Made by a program: the position numbers and the translations under genes
Origin: an uncultured Planctomycetaceae bacterium
GTDB taxonomy: Bacteria > Planctomycetota > Planctomycetia > Isosphaerales > Isosphaeraceae
DNA length: 64,000 bases
Assembly (NCBI GenBank): GCA_963833985.1
Contig: CAWIAD010000001.1
Location: 800,001-864,000 of the forward strand
Direction: 5' to 3'
In this document: positions 11,023 through 22,103 of the stretch, in pieces
Layout of the letters: the number at the start of each line of letters is the position of its first letter
Position numbering within the stretch: the first letter of the stretch is position 1
Notes under the pieces: model-generated
Told to the model about the DNA's origin: nothing
The model's input: the letters and a program-made list of their open reading frames with translations, nothing else
The model's database searches: none

Positions 11023-11583
11023 TCAGCGCCGGTTCGGGTTCCACGAACCTCGAGCTCGGGCACGCATGTCCGCCTGGAGCTGGCCGCGGCCCAGGAGGTT
11101 GGACTCGACCATGTAACTTTGCAAGCCGAGCGGGCTCATCCCCACGCCGAAGAGCGGGTTAAGATAGGGAGACGCGGCAATCGGACTGCCGTAACCCATG
11201 GCTGCCGAGTATCCGTAGTTGAACCCGATCTGGGGGAACCCATACCCCAGCACCCCGTAGCGCAGACCGATTCCGGGAACGCCGAATCCGTATCCCATCC
11301 CGTTGCCATAGGGCATGCCATAGCCGTAACCCATGCCATAGCCAAACGGCATGCCGTATCCATAGCCCATGCCGTACCCGCCGTATCCGTAGCCCATGCC
11401 GTAACCGCCGTATCCGCCGTACCCGCCGTACCCGTAGCCCATGCCATAGGGCATGCCGTACCCGTAGCCCATGCCGTAGCCCCCATACTCGGCGCGGGCC
11501 TTTGGCGGCGGCAAGAGACTGATCGAAGCCATCACCACCGTGACCAGGAACGCGGTCCGCAGAGAACTCAAGGTGACTTTCAT
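11023..11583 (-). CDS. Secreted Gly/Tyr/Met-rich low-complexity protein
   Basis: AGGAGG RBS, signal peptide MKVTLSSLRTAFLVTVVMASISLLPPPKARA, then tandem GYGMGYGYG repeats. Confidence 0.8.
   Translation of the reverse strand: MKVTLSSLRTAFLVTVVMASISLLPPPKARAEYGGYGMGYGYGMPYGMGYGYGGYGGYGGYGMGYGYGGYGMGYGYGMPFGYGMGYGYGMPYGNGMGYGFGVPGIGLRYGVLGYGFPQIGFNYGYSAAMGYGSPIAASPYLNPLFGVGMSPLGLQSYMVESNLLGRGQLQADMRARARGSWNPNRR
11295..11490. repeat. Imperfect coding tandem repeat (ccgtagcccatg-type units) encoding GYGMGYG
   Basis: Recurrent ccgtagcccatgcc / ccatagcccatgcc units are directly visible. Confidence 0.8.
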
Positions 11584-11748
11584 GGTGCCTCCTGGCCCCG
11601 GCCGAGAGCGAGAGCGAGAGCGAATGCCCGATGGGTCCGTGCTTGAAAACTCCTTCAAGGGCTGATGGAATCCTACAGGCAGCGGATAGTGAACAAAATC
11701 CCCGTGGAAAGCGGCGGACTCCGTGTTTTGATGCCTGGCAAACAAAGG

Positions 11749-12251
11749 TCACCGGGCCGGAGGTGCGGGCGCCTTCGCGGTTTTGGCCCGCGGCTTCGCC
11801 TTGCGCTGCGGGCGACTGGCGGCTGGGGGACCCGCGGGGCGTTGCTGCTCCACCTGGGCGTTCGGAGCCATCCCGGTGAACGGACCCGCCAGCGGCGAGC
11901 CGGCTGCGAACCCGTTTCCGCCGGCGAGCATGCCGTCGCCGAACCCGCCGTAACTGTAGCTGGAACCGCCGGAACCGACGTCGGACATGCCGTATCCGCC
12001 AAAGCCAGACATGCCGTAGTCGATGCCCCCACCGTTCCCGGGATAGGCGAATCCCGACACGCCGTAATCCAGGCCGCCCCCACTCATCGAGTAGGGATCT
12101 CCCAGAGCGTCCATCCCGTAGGCTCCGACATTGAAGCCGAGCCCGTCATCCAGGTACTGAGCGTGCGCGAACCGGTACTCGCCGCCAGCAGGACGTGCCC
12201 TAGAAGAAAGGCCCCTGCGACACGGATGGAGCGCCTCTGCGAGAGCTTCAT
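11749..12251 (-). CDS. Secreted Gly/Tyr-rich protein with a basic Pro/Lys tail, frameshifted near 12168
   Basis: Signal peptide MKLSQRRSIRVAGAFLLGHVLLAASTG (ORF 12084..12311) joins AHAQYLDDGLGF...DYGVSGF..DYGMSGFGGYG (ORF 11749..12324). Confidence 0.7.
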
Positions 12252-12400
12252 GAGGTTGCCTTCTCGAAAACCATTCCGGAAGTGCCACACCGTTCCACGA
12301 CAATTCATCATACTCGGTAGTCACCTCAAGGTATCCTGAATACTGACTTCAAGTCGTCGGGGTTCCCGCTGCCGCCGGCAATTCTCCAGGAGATCTGTTC

Positions 12401-13324
12401 ATGCCTGGCCCGCTCACGGGTTTGATTCCTGCCGCTCACACGCCCTTCACGGTCAACGGCGCACTCGATCCCGGGATCGTGCGGCAGCAGGCCGCGCTGC
12501 TGCTTGAGATGGACATCCAGGGAGTCTTCGTGGGCGGAACGACCGGCGAGTTCTCGTCGCTGACGGTGGAAGAGCGGATGATCCTGGCGGATTCGTGGTG
12601 CCAGGCCGCCGGCGGCGCGTTGCGGGTGGTTGTGCATGTGGGTCACAACTGCCAGGCCGAGGCCATCCGGCTGGCCCGCCACGCCCGCGAGTGCGGGGCC
12701 GTCGCCGTGGCGGCCATGGCCCCGAGCTACTTCAAGCCCACCGCCGTCCGGGAGCTGATCGATTTCTGCGCTCCGATCGCCCTCGAGGCAGACCCGCTGC
12801 CCTTCTATTTCTACGATATTCCGGGAATGACTGGCGTGCGGCTGAAGACCTCGGAGTTTCTCCACCAGGCGCGGTTCCAGATGCCCACACTATGCGGAGT
12901 GAAGTATTCGAACAACGACCTGCTCGAGCTCCAGGAATGCGTACGGCTGGAGAGCGGGGCGTTCGACGTCCTCTTCGGCTCGGACGAGTGCCTGCTGGCC
13001 GGCCTCTGCCTGGGAATCCGGGGCGCAGTGGGCAGCACCTACAACTTCGCCGCCCCCGTGTATCAGGGCCTCATGCGGGCGTTCGCCCGTAATGACCTGG
13101 AGGCCGCGCGGGCCGCACAGGGCCGCTCCATCGACCTGATCAACATCCTCGGCGACTTCGGCTTCCTGGCCGCGTCGAAATGCGTGATGACCATGCTGGG
13201 CGTCTCGTGCGGGCCCGTGCGGCCGCCCCTCCGCAACCTGACGGCCCCGGAGCGGCTGGCGCTCTGGCAGAAGATCTCCGCCCTCGACGTCTTCCCCAGG
13301 CCGCTCATTCCTCCAGCGGCATGA
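12401..13324 (+). CDS. nanA: N-acetylneuraminate lyase / DHDPS-family aldolase
   Basis: GGTTGEF, VHVG, APSYFKP, FYFYDIP, Schiff-base Lys in GVKYS, G.DE and GAVGSTYN (NanA-type signature). Confidence 0.85.
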   Translation: MPGPLTGLIPAAHTPFTVNGALDPGIVRQQAALLLEMDIQGVFVGGTTGEFSSLTVEERMILADSWCQAAGGALRVVVHVGHNCQAEAIRLARHARECGAVAVAAMAPSYFKPTAVRELIDFCAPIALEADPLPFYFYDIPGMTGVRLKTSEFLHQARFQMPTLCGVKYSNNDLLELQECVRLESGAFDVLFGSDECLLAGLCLGIRGAVGSTYNFAAPVYQGLMRAFARNDLEAARAAQGRSIDLINILGDFGFLAASKCVMTMLGVSCGPVRPPLRNLTAPERLALWQKISALDVFPRPLIPPAA

Positions 13325-15140
13325 TCTCGACCTTGCGGAACTCGACGGGGTGGCTCTCCGCCTGGAGCGAGATGTAGCCGCCGGTGATGAGCCGCTCACC
13401 CTTGCGTGCCTCGGTCAACTTGACGGCATCCGGGTCGCTGCCGTCGAGCTGCGGACGCTCGTACTCGATCACCGGCTCGCCGTTGACGAAGTGTTTGATG
13501 GTGCCACTGCCGTGCACCTCGGCCTCGACGGTCACCCACTGGTCGCCATTGAAAGTTTTCGACTTCGACTCGATGCAGTGTGTGGTGATCAGCTTGCCGT
13601 TCATGACAATGTGCGTGCCGGGCGTGCAGAGATTGGCCGTCGGCCGCTTCCCGCGACCGGAACCGCCCAGGAACTGGACCTCGATCGATACCGGGAACTC
13701 CTGGTCCTTGCGCATCGTCTCCGGCGGCTGGCAATGGATCATCGCTCCGCTGTTGCGGAACGCCCAACCAGGGCCGCCGTGCACCTGATCGCCCACGAAC
13801 CGGTATTCAACCCGTAGCCGGTAATGCGAGAACGGCTTCTGGTAGAACAGGTGGCCGAACTCGCCGTGGAAGTCCTTGTAGCCGTCGTACGAGACCTTGA
13901 GCACGCCGTCCTGCACGCGGAAGGTCTCGAACGCGTTATCGCCCAGCGCATACCCTTTCAGCTTGGGCGTCCAGCCGCTCAGGTCCTTGCCATTGAAGAG
14001 GCTGGTCCACTGCCCCTTGGGAAATTCGTCCGAAGCGGCCGCAGGCGAAGCGTTCAGGGCTTTCAGGCACACGCGCAGCGCCTGGGCCGCTCCCTGCACG
14101 CCGGCCCGACGGCCCTTGGGAAGCTCGACGGCGGGCTCTGTGATCGCCTTGCAGAAGGCGGTCGCGCTGCCCCAGGTGGTGCCCAGATGGCCGATGACGC
14201 CGCCCCGGTTCACCCGCTTGCTATCCTCCAGCAGGGCCAGGGCCGCCTTCGGGTTGTTCCAGCTTGCCGGCCAGACGCGGAAGCCTTTTTCCTGGAGGTA
14301 GGGGACCGAAGGATAGTGGTCGCTCAGTTCATAATGCCAGTCGCAGAGGATGATGTCGTGGGGAATCTGGTCGATCGCCGGCGCGGTGCCGTTGGCACTC
14401 GATTCCCACTTGCCGTAATGCATCGTCTTGTCGTCGAGCAGCCGGTCGGCCCACATGAGCATCGTCAGCTTCCTGTCCTGAACGATGTGCGCGTGCAGGT
14501 CGTTCACCGCCTTTGCGAAGACATCGGCCGGGTTCTTGCCCTTGCAGCGCGGGCACTGGTCGCTGGCAACCAGGAACACCTCGTCCATACCGACGTGAAA
14601 GGCATCGGCCTGGAAGGCGTCGATCAGGTCGTCGATGAGGGCGAAGACGACGCGGTTGACCTCGGGATGAAGCGGGCACCAGCTCCGGCAGTAGATCCCC
14701 TTGTTGTCGGCCGGGACCTGCGGGGTCTCGTCGAACTGCGGGTACTTCGTGAGCAAGGGCTGCGTGTTCCGGGCCCACGACTGGTGGCCCAGGCAATTGA
14801 GCTGAGGGATGAGCCGGATCTGCCGATCGCGGCAGAATGCCGCCAGGTCGCGTGCATCCTCGCGACTCAGCCCGTGCGGATCAGCCAGTTCTGGATGCGA
14901 AGGGAACTGGAACCCGTAATTCAACTCGAGCACGATCACGTTCACGCCGAGCGGCCTGAGCCCTTCGTCGATTCCTTTCTTGAGTACGGCGAGCCCCTGC
15001 TTGCCCGGCGACATCAGGTGCACCCCGCGCCAGACGCCCTGGTTCCCGGACGCCGGCTCGACGGCACTCCACGCCTGGACCCCTCCGCCAGCAAGTGTCA
15101 CGATGATGAGCGAGGCGATCGTCAAGCAAGAGCGTTTCAT
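13305..15140 (-). CDS. Secreted GH20-like glycoside hydrolase fused to a C-terminal DUF1080 domain
   Basis: Signal peptide; IPQLNCLGH, FHVGMDEV (catalytic DE), MWADRL, DWHY; then SLFNGKDLSGW...NSG...EVQ...LQAESHPVEFRKVEI typical of DUF1080. Confidence 0.88.
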   Translation of the reverse strand: MKRSCLTIASLIIVTLAGGGVQAWSAVEPASGNQGVWRGVHLMSPGKQGLAVLKKGIDEGLRPLGVNVIVLELNYGFQFPSHPELADPHGLSREDARDLAAFCRDRQIRLIPQLNCLGHQSWARNTQPLLTKYPQFDETPQVPADNKGIYCRSWCPLHPEVNRVVFALIDDLIDAFQADAFHVGMDEVFLVASDQCPRCKGKNPADVFAKAVNDLHAHIVQDRKLTMLMWADRLLDDKTMHYGKWESSANGTAPAIDQIPHDIILCDWHYELSDHYPSVPYLQEKGFRVWPASWNNPKAALALLEDSKRVNRGGVIGHLGTTWGSATAFCKAITEPAVELPKGRRAGVQGAAQALRVCLKALNASPAAASDEFPKGQWTSLFNGKDLSGWTPKLKGYALGDNAFETFRVQDGVLKVSYDGYKDFHGEFGHLFYQKPFSHYRLRVEYRFVGDQVHGGPGWAFRNSGAMIHCQPPETMRKDQEFPVSIEVQFLGGSGRGKRPTANLCTPGTHIVMNGKLITTHCIESKSKTFNGDQWVTVEAEVHGSGTIKHFVNGEPVIEYERPQLDGSDPDAVKLTEARKGERLITGGYISLQAESHPVEFRKVEIMPLEE

Positions 15141-15293
15141 GATGAGGGAGACCCCAGTGTGCCTGGCGAGCGATCCACAAGGGCGCTCGCGCGCTCAGCC
15201 GGCGCGTGATGGCGATAGAATGCGACCCAACGCACAGGATGAATCGCGCCGCGGCCACATGCAAGTCCCTGCCGCAGGCCCTTTTTCGGGCAC

Positions 15294-15321
15294 TTGACAT
15301 CGTGCGGCCGTGGGTTACCAT
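15294..15321 (+). promoter_or_regulatory. Sigma70-type promoter for tRNA-Leu
   Basis: TTGACA (15294-15299), 16-nt spacer, TACCAT (15316-15321), about 35 nt upstream of the tRNA. Confidence 0.65.
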
Positions 15322-15356
15322 GAAAGATCCTCGTTCGTTCCCCAGCGACCGATCGC

Positions 15357-15443
15357 GCCGGAGTGGCGGAATTGGCAGACGCGCCAGCTTGAGGGGCTGG
15401 TGAGCTAACCATGCTCGTGCAGGTTCAAGTCCTGTCTCCGGCA
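15357..15443 (+). tRNA. tRNA-Leu (anticodon GAG), CCA not encoded
   Basis: Acceptor stem GCCGGAG/CTCCGGC plus discriminator A, D-loop GGAATTGGCAGAC, anticodon arm CCAGC-TTGAGGG-GCTGG, long variable arm, T-loop GGTTCAAGTCC. Confidence 0.97.
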
Positions 15444-15587
15444 ATCGATCTCATTCCTGAACGCTCGTATCCTCGCCGTTTCTGAACGCCCGTTCAACTT
15501 CACGCTTGCCTCCCGCAACGAAGCGGCACACAATCAACTCGTCGGCACTTCGATGAGTGACGCGCATGGTGGGCGGAGGGACCGGGC

Positions 15588-18500
15588 GTGACCGATGCGA
15601 GCGACCAGGAGACCGATGTTCTCGCGCGCTTCCTGCCATCGGTGGCAGGGTGGTTCCGCGAGCAACTGGGCGAACCCACGCCCGCCCAGCGGCTCGGCTG
15701 GCCGGCGATCGCGGCCGGGCAGAACACGCTCATCGTCGCTCCCACCGGGTCCGGCAAGACGCTCGCGGCGTTCCTGGCGGCACTCGACCTGCTGTGGCGG
15801 ACGCCCCGGCGCGAGAGCGGCGTGCGCATTCTCTATATCTCGCCGCTCAAGGCGCTCAACGAGGACGTCCGCCGCAACCTCGAGGTGCCCCTGGCCGGAA
15901 TTCTCGAGCGCTCTCGAGATTCCGGGCCCCCGCTCTTGCCCCTGCGCGTGGGCGTGCGCAGTGGCGACACGCCGGCCCGGGAACGCGTCCGGCTCGTTCA
16001 AAAGCCGCCCGATATCCTCATCACCACGCCCGAATCGCTCCACCTGCTGCTCACCAGCCGCGCCCGGGAAGTCCTGCGCGGGGTCTCGCACGTCATCGTC
16101 GACGAGATCCACGCAGTCTGCGGCAACAAGCGCGGCGTGTTCCTGGCGATCTTGCTGGAACGCCTGGAGGCGATCTGCCCGCGGTCGTTTCTGCGCATCG
16201 GCCTGTCGGCCACGCAGAGGCCGCTCGATGAGGTAGCGCGCTACCTGGGCGGGCAGAGGCGCGTGGCCACGGCACAGGGCACAAGCCGCTTCGAATGCCG
16301 GCCGGTGACGATTATTGACGCCGGCCGGCGCAAGGACCTCGACCTCCAGGTCCTCTGGCCGGGGCCTGACGAGGGCCGATTCCTCGGTGTCGCCGGGGAC
16401 GATCTGGCCGGCCATCGAGGAGCGGATCCTCCGCCTGGTGCAGGACCATCGCTCGACGATCGTTTTCGCCAACAACCGGCGCACGGTGGAAAAGCTCACC
16501 ATCCGCCTGAACGAGGCCATCGACGCGGTGGAAGCCGGTGCTCCGGTCGAAACGGAGCCCGCGCCGCGCCCGACCCCGACTCCGAGCCTGGCAGCGGTGC
16601 AACATCCCGTCCCGCCTGGTTCCGTGCCCATCACGGCAGTCTGAGCCTCGAGGAGCGGCGCGGTACCGAAGAGCAGCTCAAGGGGGGAAACCTCAAGGCG
16701 GTGGTCTCGACCGCGTCGCTGGAGCTGGGCATCGACATGGGAGATGTCGACCTGGTCTGCCAGGTAGAGTCGCCGGGGAACATCGCACGCGGGCTGCAAC
16801 GAGTGGGGCGGGCGGGTCACGTGGTGCACGGCGTGAGCAAGGGGCGGCTCATCGCCAAGACGGCCGGCGACTTGCTCGAGACCGCGGCGCTGGCGCAGGC
16901 GATGGTCGCGGGCCAGATCGAGGAGCTGCGCGTGCCGCACGGCTGCCTGGACGTCCTGGCCCAGCAGGTGGTGGCGTGCGTGGCGATGGACCGCTGGAGC
17001 GTGCCCGAGCTGTTCGAGATGGTGCGATCGGCCTATCCCTACGAGGACCTGCCCGCCGAGGTCTTCGAGCGTGTGCTGTGCCTGGTCTCGGGGCGATATC
17101 CGACCGGGCCAATTCGCGATCTCCGCGCGCGCATTGCCTGGGATCGGGTGCACAACAACCTGGCGGCGCTGCCGGGCTCGGCACGTCTGGCCCTGATCGG
17201 CGGAGGGACCATCCCGGATACCGGCCAGTACCCCGTGTATCTGGGGTCGGATGGTCCGCGGCTGGGCGAACTGGACGAGGAGTTCGTCTTCGAGCGGCGG
17301 GTGGGAGAGACCTTCGCGCTGGGGAATAACGTGTGGCGGATCGACGCGATCGAGCCGCATCGCGTCGTGGTGCGTGCGGCCGAGGGGAACCACGCGGTGC
17401 TGCCCTTCTGGCGCGGGGAGAACCCGGGACGGTCGGCCGAGCTCGGGGCCGCCGTGGGTGCACTCTGCCGTGAGCTCGCCGGGCGGCTGGACGACCCTGG
17501 CGTGCATTGCTGGCTCGAGGAAACGTGCCGGCTGGAGGGCCGGGCCACGCACCCGCTGGTGGCCTACGTCGCACGCCAGGCGCGCGTGGCTGGCGTGGTG
17601 CCGGACGACCGCACCATCCTTGTGGAGACGTTTCGCGATCCTGCCGGCGAGCTCGGCCTGGCGGTGCTCTCTCCGTTCGGCGGCCGCATGCACCAGGGGC
17701 TGAAGCTGGCCTTGCTGGGACGCATTCGCCAGCGGCTGGGCATCCAGGCCTCGTGTTTGCACGGCGACGATGGGCTGCTGATCCGCCTGCCCGGTATGGA
17801 CGAACCGCCGCTCGACCTGCTCGACGGGCTCTCGGCCGACGAGGCCGAGCGGCTGATTCGCCTGGAGCTCCCGGAAACCCTGCTCTATGGCCTGCGGTTC
17901 CGGCAGAACGCCAACCGCGCCCTGCTCATGCCCCGTCCGGACCCGTCGAAGCGCACGCCGCTCTGGCTCCAGCGGCTGCGGGCCAAGGACTTGCTCCAGG
18001 TCGTCGGCAAGTTTCCGGACTTCCCGATCGTGGTCGAGACATTCCGCGAATGCCTGGACCAGGACCTGGAGCTGCCCCGCCTGAGGCAACTGCTCCAGTC
18101 CATCGAGTCCGGCAGCGTGCGGGTCGTCACCCGGCCGGGCGAGATCGCATCGCCGTTCGCCTCGGAGCTGATCTTCCAGTTCACTCCCACCTATCTCTAC
18201 GAGTGGGACGAGCCGCGGCGCGGCGACCTGCGGCCCGGCGGCCTGGCGGTGGACGAAGACCTATTAGACGCCCTGCTGGATGGGCCCGCGGGCGCCCGGC
18301 TGCTTGATTCCCAGGCGGTGGGCCGCGTGCAGGGCCGCCTGCGCCGCCGCGGGCTGGACCCGCGCTCGGCCGAGGAGATGGCCGAGACCCTCCGCGCACT
18401 GGGCGACCTTTCCCTGTCGGAGCTGGCCGGACCGATGGAGCGGTGGCTCGCGGAACTGAGCGCGGCGGACAGGGCCGTGCGCATCGACCTGGCGCACACC

Positions 18501-20137
18501 GCCGAGCCGCAACGATGGATCCTGACCGAGGACGCGCAGCGCTACCAGCAAGCCTTTCCCGTCAGCGGCGAGCCCGATCTCGATGCCGTGGAGGCCATTG
18601 TCCGGCTCTACCTGCGCACTCATGCCCTGGTGGGCCTGACCGAGCTTTGCGGCGCTACCCGATTGCCCCGGAGCTGGCGGGCGAGATGCTGGAACGGTGG
18701 GTCGAGACGGACGGCCTGGTGCGCCTGGCTGCCGCGTCCTCCGACGATGAGGACCGCTGGGCCGAGCCGGAGAACCTCGCCGAGATCCGCCGCCTGAGCG
18801 TGGCGATGCGCCGGCGCGAGAGCGTCGCGGTCGCCCCCGAGGTCTTCGCCGACTTCCTGGTTCGCCGCCAGTTTCTGCACGCGGCAACTCGCCTGGAAGG
18901 CCCGGCCGGCCTGGAGCGAGCGCTCGAGCAGCTTCAGGGCCATGCCAGCCCCGCCGGTTTCTGGGAGAGCGACGTCCTGCCCCGGCGCGTGCGGGGGTAC
19001 CAGCCGGCCTGGCTCGACGACCTGCTGGCGACCGGCTGCTGGCTCTGGCGGGCGACCTCGGAGGGGAAAGAGGAGCCGCTGGTGGCCTTCGTTCCGCGCG
19101 AGTTCGAGGGCTCATGGCCTGCAATCGCGAACCTGGCCGAGCAGGCCGGCGAGGAGCGCCAGGTACTTGACGCCCTGACCGCGCGCGGCGCCAGCTTCGC
19201 GGCCGACCTTGCGCGGGCGACGGGGAGGGAGCCCTTGCAGGTCCGCCGCGCCTTGCGTGCGCTGATGCTGCAAGGGCTGGTTGCGAACGACCGCTTCGAC
19301 CCGGTTCGCCCGGGGAGCTTCGCAATGATGCACGCGCTGGAGGAGGCCAGAGCCTCCCGCCCTGGCCCGGGACGAAGGCGCGCGGTCCGGCCGCGCCGCT
19401 CCAGCACCGGCGGCGGTGAGGGCCGATGGGCCCTGCTCGTACCTTCGCCCCGCGATCAACCGGGCCGTTCCGAGGGCGCCCTGCTGGCATGGGTGAGCGC
19501 GCTCCTGGAGCGCTATGGCGTGCTCACGCGTGAGCTCGTGGAGCTGGATCGCTGGGCGCCTCCGTGGTCCGACCTCGTTGCGTTACTGGCCCGCGCCGAG
19601 CTGCGCGGGGAGATCCGCCGTGGGTTTTTCGTCGAGGGCTTCTCCGGGGTTCAGTACGCCTCCGAAGAGGCGGCCGAGAGCCTTGCCCGGCTGGGCAGCG
19701 TGGCGCCGGCGGATGCGTACGTGATGCTCTCCGCCGCGGATCCGGCCAACCTCTACGGAGGCGGGGGGCCCCTGGATATCCCATTGCTCGAGGGCGGTAC
19801 CGGCCGTCTCAGCCGCGTCCCGGGGAACTACCTTGTCCTGCGCGGAGGCCGGCCGGTACTGATCATCGAGTCGCAAGGCAAGCGCCTGACCGGACTGGCC
19901 TCGGCCTCTCCCGCCGAGCTCCGCACCGCCCTGGCACGAGTGGTCGAACTGGCCGGCCCGAAGCGACAGGTCCTCAGGGTCGAGACCTACAACGGCCAGC
20001 CCGCGGTGGACAGCCCCGTGGCCGTGCGCCTGGGCGAGCTCGGTTTCGTCCGCGATTATCCGGGCTTGGCCTACTACGGGGCCTGGGCGAGCCAGCAGCG
20101 CACGGAGCAAACGAGCGAGACGCGCCACGAGTGGTGA
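15588..20137 (+). CDS. lhr: Large ATP-dependent helicase Lhr with extended C-terminus; frameshifts near 16365, 16600 and 18650
   Basis: APTGSGKT, YISPLKALNED, TTPESL, DEIH, GLSAT; IVFANNRR in alternate frame 16315..16644; HHGSLS, LELGIDMG, QRVGRAGH, GGTIPD; C-terminal LLERYGVL / GEIRRGFFVEG / DPANLYG in ORF 18443..20137. Confidence 0.92.
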
Positions 20138-20199
20138 GCCGGACTTTCAGCGTGAGCCGGGCACTCGCGTCGTAATTATCAACGGAATCCAGTAATGCT

Positions 20200-21909
20200 T
20201 CAGTATCCCTCGGCATAAGCGAGTGTTTGCCGGGCGCCGGCGGCGTGCAGCTCTCCAGTCTTCGGATCCAGTTCGACGCCAATCCAGAAACCGGCGAATG
20301 CCAAGTCCTCCGGCCGGGACACGATCTCGACCCGCTGGCCAAGCTGTCGCACACCCTCGAGCACGCGCTTGTCAAACGAGCCATCGCCAACCCGCGCAAC
20401 CGACTTTTCCTGCGACCAGTCAGGCGCGAGGAAGGCGGGCGCATCGACCGCCGACTGGGCGTCCATGCCGAACTCGAGAATGTTCGCCAGGATCTGCAAA
20501 TTGCGCTGGTGAAGCCCCGCCCCGATGGCGCTGGCTGCGAGGATTGGATGACCGCCGAGCGTGATGATGAGCGGGGTCTCCGGGTCTGGCAGGCGTTTGC
20601 CCGGTCCGGTGCGCTGGATAACTTCCTGCTGGAACGAAGCTGAATCCGGAACCGAGACTCCCCCGACGAAGATTCCCGTATTGCCCCAGATCACCGCGTT
20701 GCAAGTGTGCGTCAACGCCGCGATGTTGCCCCTTGAATCGATGGCCACCACACCGGACGAATGGGCCGGACGCGACCCGAGGCGGTTCGGCGGCACTGCG
20801 AACGGCCATTCGCCGACTTGCATCCGGGTCCATAGCCAGCGCGCGTGCTCCTTCGAAACGCGGATACGGGGAGAGAAGTCTTCCGCTGGAAAGCGCCGGG
20901 CGGCAAGCTCTGGCTCGTAAAAGAGAAACTGATTATGGGAAATCTGCATGAGCCAGAAGAGGCTTTCCGGGGAACGGCTCGGAAGACCAGAGCGGCTCAG
21001 GCCGGACAGTTCGAGCAGGTTCAAGGCCTCGATCGTGTCCACCCCGCCGATCGACGACAGACCCGGTGCAAAGACGCGGACGGCGCGATAGGTGGTTTCG
21101 GTCGCTTGCTCCCAGCCTGGCTGGTAGGTTGCCAGATCCTGGGCAGTGATCCGTCCGCCTTCCTTGCCGACCGCGGCGACGAACTGTCTTGCCCATTCTC
21201 CCGTGTACATGTAAGCGGACCCGCCTGAGGCCACCTTCCTCAAGGTGCTTGCAAGTTCTCGCTGCCGCAAAAGATCGCCCTGAACGTGAAAAGACCCGTC
21301 CGGCCTTGCAAAGAGCCGCTGGGTTTCCGGCAGGCGTCCCAGCACGTCCTTGCGGAACTGCAAGTAGTAGGCAAGCAGCGGATCGATCTTGACGCCTTCC
21401 TCGGCAAGCTCGATCGCCGGCTGGAACAGGTCAGGGAAATGTCTCTTGCCGAACCGGTCATGAGCCGCCTGCACACCCGCCATGAAACCCGGCACCAGCA
21501 CCGTGCGGCCGCTGGGCAGTCCTTTCCAGGTTTTCTCGTCCATCCTGGGGATCGAGAGCGGATCTTTTTCTTCCAGCGGCGTGTTGTAGCCGGCGTTGAG
21601 GGAGGACACCTTGCCCGTGGAGGCATCATAGTAAACCAGGTTCAGAATACCCGCGAAGCTGACGTAGGATCCGGCAGCCTCGACCACCTGCACGAGCGCC
21701 GTGGTAAGGGCCGCGTCAACCGCAGAGCCGCCCCGCTTGAGTGCCTCGACTCCGGCAGGAACGGCGCGTGGCCCGGTCAAGCCGATGACCAGGCCGCTCC
21801 GTCCTTCCGCCAGAAAGCGATGCGCCCGATCTTGCGCACCCGGCTCTGACCGAGGCTCATCCACAAGGCCGGGAAGACCCATAGCCAGGAGCAGAATACC
21901 GACCTTCAT
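20200..21909 (-). CDS. ggt: Gamma-glutamyltransferase family protein with signal peptide
   Basis: GGSAVDAA, VLVPG, LFQPAIELAEEG, LASTLRKVA, ITAQDLATY, PGKR, GMDAQSAVDAP. Autocleavage region reads HSSGVVAID. Confidence 0.85.
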   Translation of the reverse strand: MKVGILLLAMGLPGLVDEPRSEPGAQDRAHRFLAEGRSGLVIGLTGPRAVPAGVEALKRGGSAVDAALTTALVQVVEAAGSYVSFAGILNLVYYDASTGKVSSLNAGYNTPLEEKDPLSIPRMDEKTWKGLPSGRTVLVPGFMAGVQAAHDRFGKRHFPDLFQPAIELAEEGVKIDPLLAYYLQFRKDVLGRLPETQRLFARPDGSFHVQGDLLRQRELASTLRKVASGGSAYMYTGEWARQFVAAVGKEGGRITAQDLATYQPGWEQATETTYRAVRVFAPGLSSIGGVDTIEALNLLELSGLSRSGLPSRSPESLFWLMQISHNQFLFYEPELAARRFPAEDFSPRIRVSKEHARWLWTRMQVGEWPFAVPPNRLGSRPAHSSGVVAIDSRGNIAALTHTCNAVIWGNTGIFVGGVSVPDSASFQQEVIQRTGPGKRLPDPETPLIITLGGHPILAASAIGAGLHQRNLQILANILEFGMDAQSAVDAPAFLAPDWSQEKSVARVGDGSFDKRVLEGVRQLGQRVEIVSRPEDLAFAGFWIGVELDPKTGELHAAGARQTLAYAEGY

Positions 21910-22103
21910 CGTGTGGCCTTTCCAATACAAAGGCGTCAGGAACCGATTCCTTCGGTGGGCGCCTGCCATCACGGCCGTGCGGTTGAGTTCTGAGTTCAGC
22001 AGGTTTTATACGACCCCGTGATCGGCACGACAATCGCAACCTTGAATGCCTTCCGAAGCCGGCATGGCCGCCCTCCCGGCCCGGAGCAGTAAAGGGGCCT
22101 TCC

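Noticed and set aside
11295..11490. Possible CRISPR array
   Set aside because: Repeats are short, in-frame coding units without unique spacers, and there are no cas genes.
11603..11622. (GAGAGC)3 microsatellite upstream of the Gly/Tyr-rich gene
   Set aside because: Too short to support phase variation.
15357..15443. tRNA-Leu as an integration site for a genomic island
   Set aside because: No integrase nearby and I found no duplicate of the tRNA 3' end in the window.
15534..18089. 851-aa minus-strand ORF (likewise 24281..26881, 46180..49068, 42907..44790, 740..2161)
   Set aside because: Stop-poor antisense frames of real high-GC genes (lhr, secA, the ATPases, ALDH) with no recognisable motifs.
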